A DNA stretch of 64,000 nucleotides from a virus: positions 1 through 64,000 of the IMG/VR virus record IMGVR_UViG_3300047554_000536, one strand, 5' to 3'. How positions within the stretch are numbered: position 1 is the stretch's first letter; each line of letters begins with the position of its first letter. Shown here piece after piece: positions 47,982 through 56,234 of the stretch. The notes beneath the pieces were generated by a model. That model made no database searches. It saw only the letters and a program-made list of their open reading frames with translations, and had not been told where the DNA came from. A program made the position numbers and the translations under genes.

Positions 47982-48051
47982 GGTCAGTTTAGTCGTGGAG
48001 GCTGGTAGGTCTGCAAAACCTATGGAGTTGGTTCGATTCCAACATTGACCT
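47982..48051 (+). tRNA. tRNA-Cys(GCA)
   Basis: taggt-ctGCAaa-accta; shortened D arm. Confidence 0.85.
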
Positions 48052-48067
48052 CAAAAAAACAAAAGCT

Positions 48068-48523
48068 ATGAAGACGTTTAGAAGTTTAACAAACAGAAAG
48101 GAAGTAGATTTAATTCCTTACGTATCCAACTTTATCAAAGAAAATGATGACACAGTATTGTATGTTGGTTGTGACTCTCAGAACGTCCGCGACAATACAA
48201 ACTACGCTGTCGTGATCGTTTTGTATAATCCTGGAAAGGGTGGGCACGTATTGTATTCAAGAACCACAATGCCAAAGATTGAAGACCGTTACACTAAGTT
48301 GTGGAATGAGGTTGAGTATTCAATCGAGGTAGCAGAGTACTTAACTAACAATGGTATCCAACGTCCAAGCTATATTGACTTAGACTTGAATCCAGATCCA
48401 AAATACAAAAGCAATCAAATTTTGAGAGCTGCGCTTGGATATGTGGAGAGTATGGGGTATATTGCTAGATGTAAACCTAATGCAATGGTAGCATCTCACG
48501 TAGCAGATGCCTTATGTAAATAA
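48068..48523 (+). CDS. RNase H-like YkuK (DUF458) family protein
   Basis: LYVGCDSQ, YAVVIVL..PGKGG, KLWNEVEYSIEVA, IDLDLN, KPNAMVASHVAD. Confidence 0.8.
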   Translation: MKTFRSLTNRKEVDLIPYVSNFIKENDDTVLYVGCDSQNVRDNTNYAVVIVLYNPGKGGHVLYSRTTMPKIEDRYTKLWNEVEYSIEVAEYLTNNGIQRPSYIDLDLNPDPKYKSNQILRAALGYVESMGYIARCKPNAMVASHVADALCK

Positions 48524-48534
48524 GTTATCAACAG

Positions 48535-48570
48535 CTGTTGTCTAGGTGAACAAAAGTTCCTATCTTTACT
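48535..48570 (+). promoter_or_regulatory. Bacteroidota-type promoter for the second tRNA block
   Basis: ctgttgtc...tatcttta. Confidence 0.6.
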
Positions 48571-48580
48571 GTATAGAAAT

Positions 48581-48658
48581 GCCCCTTTGGCGGAATTGGT
48601 AGACGCGCTAGACTTAGGATCTAGTCTTCGGGTGAGAGTTCGAGTCTCTCAGGGGGTA
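48581..48658 (+). tRNA. tRNA-Leu(TAG)
   Basis: ctaga-ctTAGga-tctag. Confidence 0.92.
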
Positions 48659-48663
48659 CAAAT

Positions 48664-48749
48664 GCTACTGTGGTGAAATAGGTAGACACGAGGGACTTAA
48701 AATCCCTTGGCCAGTGATGGTCGTGCCGGTTCGATTCCGGCCAGTAGTA
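48664..48749 (+). tRNA. tRNA-Leu(TAA)
   Basis: aggga-ctTAAaa-tccct, long variable arm. Confidence 0.93.
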
Positions 48750-48764
48750 CTAAATTAATTACAT

Positions 48765-48983
48765 ATGTGGAGTAAAGTGTTAAAGTTTGCAACCAATTTT
48801 TTATATTGGTTTTTAGGTTTCTCAATGATGGCATTGGGTGCAGAGCTTTTATTGATATGGCTCAAAGAAGATGGTTTTAGTATTACTGGTTTTATTCTAG
48901 GATTCATGGGTTACCTAATCCTACGACCAGCAGCTGAGTACTGGAAAGATCAACTCCTTAGTGTTTGGAAATCTAAAGAATAA
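48765..48983 (+). CDS. small membrane protein
   Basis: Two hydrophobic segments. Confidence 0.65.
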   Translation: MWSKVLKFATNFLYWFLGFSMMALGAELLLIWLKEDGFSITGFILGFMGYLILRPAAEYWKDQLLSVWKSKE

Positions 48984-49001
48984 GTTGTATATTCAAACAA
49001 T

Positions 49002-49073
49002 GGCCCGTTAGTCTATCGGTTAGGACGCATCCCTTTCACGGATGAGAGACGAGTTCGATTCTCGTACGGGCTA
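49002..49073 (+). tRNA. tRNA-Glu(TTC)
   Basis: catcc-ctTTCac-ggatg. Confidence 0.92.
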
Positions 49074-49088
49074 CTAAAATTAAAACAA

Positions 49089-49343
49089 ATGAAAAGGTTA
49101 CAAATCATCACATTGGCACTTTTAACAGCAGCTGCAACAATCACCTCTTGTACAGACAATCAACGTGCAAAGAATTGGGGTGGAACCGAAACAATCACAC
49201 TAAAACCAAACGAGCGAGTGCTTAACGTCACTTGGAAAGAGACTGAGATGTGGATTTGCACTCAGGATACTACTACCGGAGTTGTGTACTTCCGCGAGAA
49301 GTCTAACTGGGGTATGATGGAAGGTACGGTTATTTTGAAGTAA
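49089..49343 (+). CDS. lipoprotein
   Basis: Signal peptide with lipobox ITSC; CTDNQRAKNWGG. Confidence 0.75.
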   Translation: MKRLQIITLALLTAAATITSCTDNQRAKNWGGTETITLKPNERVLNVTWKETEMWICTQDTTTGVVYFREKSNWGMMEGTVILK

Positions 49344-49351
49344 CCGACCAT

Positions 49352-49459
49352 AGTCAGGTGGCGGAATTGGTAGACGCTGCGCTTTATATCAGGTGTATAA
49401 AGGTGAATCTTGGTCGAAAGATTGCAACAAGAATACAGGTTCAAATCCTGTCCTGACTA
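49352..49459 (+). ncRNA. tRNA-like RNA with Leu-type D arm and intact acceptor/T arms but a replaced anticodon arm
   Basis: agtcagg/cctgact, tggcggaattggtagacgc, acagg-ttcaaat-cctgt; centre holds two hairpins instead of an anticodon arm. Confidence 0.7.
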
Positions 49460-49503
49460 CAAATAATGCAGGTTCTTTGACATATTCAAAAAAAGGAAAC
49501 GAT

Positions 49504-49836
49504 ATGGAAACACTATCATTTGCTTTTGGAGTGTTAACAATGGTGGGAGTGGCATTTGCTGCTCTTATTATTGTGAGCATTGTAAAGGCGTACAAGCAAC
49601 AAACACGTATTCAACAACTAGAGGAATGGCTCTTGAATGTTGATAGAGATTATCACTACCAAGATAACGAAGTCTATAAAGCTATTGACGATCGAATCAG
49701 GGGTGTGAATGATCAAATCACTGATTCAGTTACTCAATGTAACTCCTATACAGATAAACGAATCGACAAGCTGATCGATACCTACTTTATGGTAAAAGAA
49801 GCTGAAAAACAAACCAAGAAACAGTTAAACGGATAA
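49504..49836 (+). CDS. membrane-anchored coiled-coil protein (start moved to ATG 49504)
   Basis: METLSFAFGVLTMVGV.. TM helix; the upstream extension in the ORF track overlaps the tRNA-like RNA. Confidence 0.7.
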   Translation: METLSFAFGVLTMVGVAFAALIIVSIVKAYKQQTRIQQLEEWLLNVDRDYHYQDNEVYKAIDDRIRGVNDQITDSVTQCNSYTDKRIDKLIDTYFMVKEAEKQTKKQLNG

Positions 49837-49877
49837 ACTAACCCGTCATAAGAACCTGCATTTAATTTTTGAAGACT

Positions 49878-50321
49878 ATGGAAAAATATTACATTTATTT
49901 AGATGACCTACGCACACCACGCCAAGAGGAGTTGGTAGATAGGCCACAATGGACAGTCGTAAGAAACTACGATGAGTTTGTAAACAAGATCACTGAGGTT
50001 GGTTTGGAGAATGTTGAACTCATCTCACTAGATCACGACTTAGGTGAGTCTGCGATGCAAGAGTGGCACACTAACGTATACCACAACTACACCTTAGATT
50101 ACAACAACATTACTGAGAAGACTGGAATGGATTGTACTAAGTGGTTGGTAGAGCAATGGTTGAATGGTGCACCAGTATGTCGTGTTATGGTTCATTCAGC
50201 AAATGCTGTTGGAAGTGCGAACATGATGGGGTATATTAACAACTACAAGCACATCCACCGCTTACCACAAGACTGCGCTAGATGGGTAGTGCCTCATGAT
50301 ATTGAAACAATTATAGGATAA
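49878..50321 (+). CDS. cyclic-phosphate-processing receiver-domain protein
   Basis: IYLDDLRTP, VVRNYDEF, ISLDHDLG, TGMDCTKWL, VHSANAVG. Confidence 0.75.
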   Translation: MEKYYIYLDDLRTPRQEELVDRPQWTVVRNYDEFVNKITEVGLENVELISLDHDLGESAMQEWHTNVYHNYTLDYNNITEKTGMDCTKWLVEQWLNGAPVCRVMVHSANAVGSANMMGYINNYKHIHRLPQDCARWVVPHDIETIIG

Positions 50322-50587
50322 TGGAAGCAATCGTAGTAGCATTAATGGCACTTGTGTTCTTGTTAGGTCTAGGCTTGACCTCAGCAATAATTCACATACG
50401 AGCTATACAAAAGGAGTTAGAAGCTCTTAGTGAAGTTGATGAGGAGCAAGATGAGATGATCACTAAAGTACTCGAATACAATAGGGATTTAGCTTTAGCT
50501 ATTAGAGAACTTCAGAATCACGTAATACAACAACAATCACAATCATTTCCGACATACCCGTATGGAGGACCAATAGGAGAAGCATAA
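50321..50587 (+). CDS. membrane-anchored hypothetical protein
   Basis: N-terminal TM helix plus coiled coil. Confidence 0.6.
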   Translation: MEAIVVALMALVFLLGLGLTSAIIHIRAIQKELEALSEVDEEQDEMITKVLEYNRDLALAIRELQNHVIQQQSQSFPTYPYGGPIGEA

Positions 50588-50590
50588 GTT

Positions 50591-51214
50591 ATGAAGGTAA
50601 AAGCAGCAGATACATTCTTCGATAGTGTTGAACGAATGATCAATAGACAAAGATGGTACTGGAAGTCTTGGGACTTCTTGAGATATGATATGCCTAGATT
50701 TTTTAAGAATCTCTGGTTGTTCAGAAAAGACCTATACAAGTATCGCTGGTATAGTGGTGATGATGCAGTACTTCCTTTCATGAGGACAGCTTTGATGGAT
50801 ATGGCTAAAAACATTGATGAGCGTGGCTTAGAAGTGGATGTGACTAGAAAGAAGAAAGTCGCTAAGATGTATCGTGCTGTATTCTTGATGGAACGATTCC
50901 TTGAAGATGACTTTGTTGAGATGGCTGAAAAAGAATTAGGAGAGCTTCAGAATACAAAAGTCGAATTTGAACCAGCGGATGAAGAAGGTTACTGGAGACT
51001 AAAGGATTCAGATACTCCAGAGCAGCAAGCTCACAATCGTAAAGTGTTTGCTCGAGCTCGTGAGATTGAAAGCCAAATGTGGACTGAGCTGTGGACTATT
51101 CTAGAAGGTCAGAAGGCATCACACTTTGATGTGTTTCTAGATAAAGCTGAGGATAAGAATGGTGCGTGGAACAATTGGTTCGATGGTTCAGGATTAAGAG
51201 GTTGGTGGGATTAA
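50591..51214 (+). CDS. hypothetical phage protein
   Basis: 207 aa ending GLRGWWD. Confidence 0.7.
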   Translation: MKVKAADTFFDSVERMINRQRWYWKSWDFLRYDMPRFFKNLWLFRKDLYKYRWYSGDDAVLPFMRTALMDMAKNIDERGLEVDVTRKKKVAKMYRAVFLMERFLEDDFVEMAEKELGELQNTKVEFEPADEEGYWRLKDSDTPEQQAHNRKVFARAREIESQMWTELWTILEGQKASHFDVFLDKAEDKNGAWNNWFDGSGLRGWWD

Positions 51215-51483
51215 GCTATGACGACGGAGGAGATATACCAAAGAGTCTGTGAGATATCAGAACTACTGTCATCTCGAGGTCTTACCGATTGGGAGCAAGA
51301 TGAGCTTTGTGAAGAACTTGATCAGATGATTGCAATACTGGAAACACAAATTCATAAAAACATACAAGATGAACAAAGTTAACAAATTTATCGATTTGAT
51401 TCGATACCGACTATTTGAAGTCCAATTATACTTGGAGCTATCCTATGACAAACTAAAAGGTTTCTTTAAACGCAAGAGTTAAT

Positions 51484-52830
51484 ATGAATAGACTTGATAA
51501 ACAATATCAATCATTACTAAAAGACATTCTGGATAACGGAACACATAAAATGGATCGTACTGGTACTGGTACGATTTCCGTTTTTGGTAGGCAGATTCGT
51601 CACAAGATGAGTACTGGGTTTCCATTGCTGACTACAAAGAAGATGCCGTTCAAGACTATCGCTACAGAGCTTATCTGGTTCTTGCGTGGTGATACTAATA
51701 TCAAGTACCTTGTTGATAACAACTGTCATATTTGGGATGGAGATGCCTACAAGAATTATGAGAAGTGGTACGAGAATATGGCAAAGACTACGCCATTCAC
51801 TGTTCCTAGAAAGTTTACACAAGAAGAACTAATCCAAGCTATAAAGCTAGACGATAAACATGCTGAACTGTTTGGCGAGTTAGGACCAATTTATGGTGCA
51901 CAGTGGAGAGAGTGGGTAACACAAACTGCAATACCTACAACATTAAGAGTTGATGATGGTGATGATACTGAACCTTTATTTGTTAGAGGTACGAGGTACA
52001 TTGATCAAATCGAAAACCTAATCCGTGATCTTAAAACAAATCCAGACTCAAGACGATTAATGGTTAGTGCTTGGAATGTAAGTGAATTAGACCAAATGGT
52101 ACTTCCACCTTGTCATTATGGATTTCAAGTTTATACAAGAGAGTTGAGTTTAAATGAAAGAGGTGAAGTTTTCAAAAAAACATATCCTGATAAATCTGTA
52201 TCTGATTTTGCACCAGGTGGAATGGAAGTCCAATCTCTTAGTCACCAACTAACTGCGAGATATAATAACGCTAAAATCCCAACACGAGCAATCTCTTTAA
52301 TGTGGAATCAACGTTCAGTAGATACATTTTTAGGTTTACCATTTAACATTGCGTCTTATGGATTGTTATTAGAAATCATTGCTAAAGCAGTGAATATGGT
52401 TCCAGATGAATTGATTGGTAACTTGGGAGACGTTCATCTATACTCTAACCATATTGAACAAGCTAAGGAGCAGATCGGAAGAAGATTTACTCCGGAGGAG
52501 CGTCAAGAGAAGCTAATGGCAGCTATGGGTATTGATGCATATAAGCATGCTCTATCTGAGTTGATGCCATTTGGTGGTGGAATGTCTCACCATTACGATT
52601 GGCATGAAATACCATACTACACTAGAGAACCATACGCACTACCAAGACTAAACATCAATACAGAGTTTTGGCCAACTGAGAGTGGTGAGTGTGGAGTAGG
52701 TCCAATTGATGCTGTAGCCTTCTTTAATGGATTTACAAACGACAACTTCTGCAAGTGCTTGCTGGAGGATGATTTGCAACTGAGTGGTTACAAGTCACAC
52801 CCTACCATCAAAGCACCGCTATCAAACTAA
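51484..52830 (+). CDS. thyA: thymidylate synthase with large insertions
   Basis: DRTGTGT, FPLLTTKK, ELGPIYGAQWR, SRRLMVSAWN, LPPCH, NQRSVD.FLGLPFNIASY, GDVHLYSNH. Confidence 0.95.
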   Translation: MNRLDKQYQSLLKDILDNGTHKMDRTGTGTISVFGRQIRHKMSTGFPLLTTKKMPFKTIATELIWFLRGDTNIKYLVDNNCHIWDGDAYKNYEKWYENMAKTTPFTVPRKFTQEELIQAIKLDDKHAELFGELGPIYGAQWREWVTQTAIPTTLRVDDGDDTEPLFVRGTRYIDQIENLIRDLKTNPDSRRLMVSAWNVSELDQMVLPPCHYGFQVYTRELSLNERGEVFKKTYPDKSVSDFAPGGMEVQSLSHQLTARYNNAKIPTRAISLMWNQRSVDTFLGLPFNIASYGLLLEIIAKAVNMVPDELIGNLGDVHLYSNHIEQAKEQIGRRFTPEERQEKLMAAMGIDAYKHALSELMPFGGGMSHHYDWHEIPYYTREPYALPRLNINTEFWPTESGECGVGPIDAVAFFNGFTNDNFCKCLLEDDLQLSGYKSHPTIKAPLSN

Positions 52831-52954
52831 CAACTATGAGATTACTAAACGGAATGGCAGCCTTTATTGTTGGATCACTCAACCTCATACTAACCGCTTT
52901 TGTGGGTTTGTATGAAGTGTTGTTTAATCGAAAATAAGGTATTATATTTAACAC

Positions 52955-53707
52955 ATGAAAATTACATTAATATCAGATACACATACGAGACATCGTCATT
53001 GTGAGCAAGACTTACCAGGTGGTGACTTGCTGATCCACGCAGGAGACTTTATGAACTCTGGATATAGTCCATACGAGGCAGAAGAATTCTTCAAGTGGTT
53101 TGATGCAATTGAGCATTATGATACAAAAGTATTCATTGCAGGTAATCATGATCGTATAATGGAGAATGATCCTGAATGGGCTAGAGGTGTATTGACTGGG
53201 TATAAGACTATTGAGTATCTACAAGATGAGAGTCTAACGCTATACTACGATGGTCCTAATGGCGATCATCCAGAAGACAACGTTCGTATTTGGGGTGCAC
53301 CTTGGCAACCTGAGTTTTACAATTGGGCTTTCAATCTTCCTCGCAATGGTGAAGAGTTACGGGAGAAGTGGTCTTTGATTCCATCAAATACAGATATCCT
53401 CATTACACACGGTCCTGCTCAGACGTATCTAGATACATCAGGTGCTCCATACAACACACCGCTACTTGGGTGTGAGTTATTGAAAGAGCGTATTGAATCA
53501 ATTAGACCTAAGATCCATGTGTGTGGCCATATTCACGGTGGTCATGGTTACTACTTTAATGGGCACACTCACTTTTTCAATGCATCGATACTGGATGAGA
53601 GGTACAATTACGCCAATCTTCCATTCATGTTTACCTGGGATCAAGTAACAAATCAAATTATTTGGGATGAACCTGTTGCAAAAACGAAAAAGAGGTTGTA
53701 TATTTAG
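52955..53707 (+). CDS. metallophosphoesterase (calcineurin-like)
   Basis: ISDTH, HAGD, IAGNHD, ITHGP, CGHIH. Confidence 0.9.
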   Translation: MKITLISDTHTRHRHCEQDLPGGDLLIHAGDFMNSGYSPYEAEEFFKWFDAIEHYDTKVFIAGNHDRIMENDPEWARGVLTGYKTIEYLQDESLTLYYDGPNGDHPEDNVRIWGAPWQPEFYNWAFNLPRNGEELREKWSLIPSNTDILITHGPAQTYLDTSGAPYNTPLLGCELLKERIESIRPKIHVCGHIHGGHGYYFNGHTHFFNASILDERYNYANLPFMFTWDQVTNQIIWDEPVAKTKKRLYI

Positions 53708-53733
53708 GATAAATTAATAAACACACAAAGGTT

Positions 53734-54087
53734 ATGACAAATTATCCACAAGCAATCGAGGAGAAGCTCGATTTTATTGTCGAGGCAGTCTTAGAGACCA
53801 TCGACGATCAGTATCCAATCAGAGAAGAGTTTGTAAGAGAAGTCTTCGGAGAGGTATTATTTCAGCACTGGCTCACAGGTAGTGATGAACCACCGGTGGA
53901 TGAGGAAGGCTTTGAAAGACTCATGAAGATAGCTGTAGCTAAGAGTATTTTCCAAGAGCTCCAGGATCGAGGTTTTATTGATAGCATCGAGGGTGACGAC
54001 GATATTGAGTATGTCTTCGTTACGGCTAAAGGTAAAGAGAAGATCAAAGATCGTACAGATGAGTTATTTAACATTAATCTAAACTAA
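53734..54087 (+). CDS. hypothetical protein
   Basis: Acidic 117 aa ORF after a promoter motif. Confidence 0.65.
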   Translation: MTNYPQAIEEKLDFIVEAVLETIDDQYPIREEFVREVFGEVLFQHWLTGSDEPPVDEEGFERLMKIAVAKSIFQELQDRGFIDSIEGDDDIEYVFVTAKGKEKIKDRTDELFNINLN

Positions 54088-54088
54088 G

Positions 54089-54481
54089 ATGAGAGTGGAA
54101 GAAAAGTTTTCTAAGTATTTCAGAGATAGTATCTCAGTAGGTGATGATTTGTGGTTAGTGTTTGAGCGTGATCAGTATCATAAAGGTACTAAGTCAGATG
54201 CAGTAGAAGTTAGGTTGCATGATAATCACACTCACTCAACTACAAGACTAGCTACATTCCATAACGGACGATGGACATCTCCCAACTCTCGCAATGCTGA
54301 ATTGTATTGGTCGTATGTTAAAGCTTACCAGTATCAGAGTACAGTACGTCGAATATTAGAACGACTAACTTGTTCCGTAAGAGACCTTGCTCCAGTTGCA
54401 ATCGAATGGAATTGTCTCACTCGCAGATTCAAATTACAATCAATCAAAGTATCACGTAAAATCAAAAAAGCAATAAATTAA
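54089..54481 (+). CDS. hypothetical protein
   Basis: Operon-packed ORF. Confidence 0.55.
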   Translation: MRVEEKFSKYFRDSISVGDDLWLVFERDQYHKGTKSDAVEVRLHDNHTHSTTRLATFHNGRWTSPNSRNAELYWSYVKAYQYQSTVRRILERLTCSVRDLAPVAIEWNCLTRRFKLQSIKVSRKIKKAIN

Positions 54482-54492
54482 AAACCAAAGTT

Positions 54493-54825
54493 ATGAAAAA
54501 CACAATTAACTCAGAAAAAGTAAAGAACTTCTTTAGTAAATTCCTTAACAACTTACTCATTGTTGTTGCTCTAGGACTCGGTTTCACGATTGGCTACTAT
54601 ACTTATATGTTCAAAAGCAAAGAGCATGTGAGTAAGGATACCAATCCCTATCACAACGTCAAGTACCCACAAACAATCTCTGTAGCTGTCAATGACGCTA
54701 ACGAGATGTTGATCATCGATCGAAGTACTGGCAGTTATCAAGTTTACTCAGATTCGGTTGGTATGATGATCTTCAAGCTCTATGCAGGAAAGATTTATCA
54801 GAATGTTAACGAATCCGGGAAGTAA
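54493..54825 (+). CDS. single-TM membrane protein
   Basis: LLIVVALGLGFTIGYY; coupled to the transglycosylase gene. Confidence 0.65.
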   Translation: MKNTINSEKVKNFFSKFLNNLLIVVALGLGFTIGYYTYMFKSKEHVSKDTNPYHNVKYPQTISVAVNDANEMLIIDRSTGSYQVYSDSVGMMIFKLYAGKIYQNVNESGK

Positions 54826-55346
54826 TGAATAAAGTAAAACTATTGGGATTGCTAGCCGCAGCTTTATGCGCGCTAGCTTTCTCCCAGACCATCAACGAAA
54901 GCGCTACTACTGAGATATCCCAATTGGATAATCATAGAAGCGTACAGCCAAATGATCCGCCTTGTTTGCAGATGTACCATCACATAGAGCAGTATGCTGA
55001 TAGTTTCAACATACCAAAAAAATATGCTTATGGTATCGCTTATGCTGAAACGAGATACAGAGGTCCATTCCATTGGAAGTATAATCACAAACAGACCTCG
55101 AGTGCTGGTGCAGTAGGACCAATGCAGATCATGCCATCTACAGCAGACTACATTAATAAGGAACACATATCTACAAATGAGCTGCGTAGCGATATAGAAT
55201 ATAATGTTAGAACTAGTATGAAGTTACTGCGCAACCTATATGACAAGTACGGTGATTGGAAGACTGTGTTTGGTTGTTACAATACTGGACGTCCTTGCGT
55301 CAATGGTTATGCTGTAGCAGTATACAATTTTGAACCAACCTGGTAA
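54825..55346 (+). CDS. lytic transglycosylase (SLT domain) with signal/anchor
   Basis: IAYAETRY, SSAGAVGPMQIMPSTA, YNTG. Confidence 0.88.
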   Translation: MNKVKLLGLLAAALCALAFSQTINESATTEISQLDNHRSVQPNDPPCLQMYHHIEQYADSFNIPKKYAYGIAYAETRYRGPFHWKYNHKQTSSAGAVGPMQIMPSTADYINKEHISTNELRSDIEYNVRTSMKLLRNLYDKYGDWKTVFGCYNTGRPCVNGYAVAVYNFEPTW

Positions 55347-55347
55347 T

Positions 55348-55650
55348 ATGTCAGCAGATTATGATCAATTAATGAGATCCATCGAGTATGGTAAATCTCT
55401 CAGTCCAGTCATCTACGGAGAAGATGCTGCGATATTAAAAGAACGAATGCAGGGTTATCCTGACCACTCAGATAACTCAGTACTACAATGGGTATTCGAT
55501 ACACTCGATCCCATTACACTAGATAATGAGTGGGCATACAATGATGTGCAAGCCATCTTAGATAGTTGGTTGTTAGAAGAGCTAACTCCTGCTCAAGCTC
55601 GTCAGAAGCTAAAGGAGGTTTGGGAAGAATATTTTGATTTTGGATGCTAA
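55348..55650 (+). CDS. hypothetical protein
   Basis: ATG 55348 follows the previous stop. Confidence 0.55.
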   Translation: MSADYDQLMRSIEYGKSLSPVIYGEDAAILKERMQGYPDHSDNSVLQWVFDTLDPITLDNEWAYNDVQAILDSWLLEELTPAQARQKLKEVWEEYFDFGC

Positions 55651-56129
55651 TGGATACAGAGAAGTTGTTAGAAGGTTTAGAGTTGATAAAGCAATTCTGT
55701 GATGAGAATGGAATAGGTGATGTGTTGTATAATCAGAAGTACTTAGAACTACTAGCAGCTGAGAAACATGGTGTATCCTATAATCCAGAACCACAAGGTC
55801 CAGATGCCTACAATCCAATCACAAAAGGTCACATTGAGATCAAATGTTGTAGAGAGGGTGGTAGTTGGCAGTTTCATTGGCTATCAAATAACAAGATGCA
55901 GAAACTTAGAGATACTGAGCAGATGATTCTAGCTATACATGATGGTTATCGTATTGTCAGAAGTTATCAGCTAATGCCATCTGAGTGTAGTAAGTTGAAA
56001 AGCCTGATTGAATCAAAAGCGACTGGTACAACGAGTATCAGTGGTCATAAGAGTTTTTCGGAGAAACAGCTCAAGAAAATAGGTCTAATAAGCGATTCGC
56101 TCATTATTAGTGGAACTCTAACTAACTGA
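55650..56129 (+). CDS. PD-(D/E)xK restriction-endonuclease-like protein
   Basis: QGPDAYN...HIEIKC..SWQFH. Confidence 0.5.
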   Translation: MDTEKLLEGLELIKQFCDENGIGDVLYNQKYLELLAAEKHGVSYNPEPQGPDAYNPITKGHIEIKCCREGGSWQFHWLSNNKMQKLRDTEQMILAIHDGYRIVRSYQLMPSECSKLKSLIESKATGTTSISGHKSFSEKQLKKIGLISDSLIISGTLTN

Positions 56130-56234
56130 TAATCAGTCAGTTACATTTTTTTAAAAAATATTTGCCTAAACTGTTGCAAAAACGGTTTTGTGGTTGTATC
56201 TTTACACTGTTAAAGAAACACAATCACACACACT

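Noticed and set aside
46298-48048. ORF-track entries overlapping the tRNA array (46298-46522, 46857-47162, 46887-47087, 47400-47597, 47704-47895, 47806-48048)
   Set aside because: They are chance reading frames across tRNA genes and structured spacers.
49393-49503. N-terminal extension of ORF 49393-49836
   Set aside because: It overlaps the tRNA-like RNA; ATG 49504 with an A-rich leader is the better start.
56123-56152. Palindrome taactgat-aatc-agtcagtta followed by a T tract
   Set aside because: Single copy with a weak AT-rich stem; it may be a terminator but is not supportable as a repeat or mobile element.
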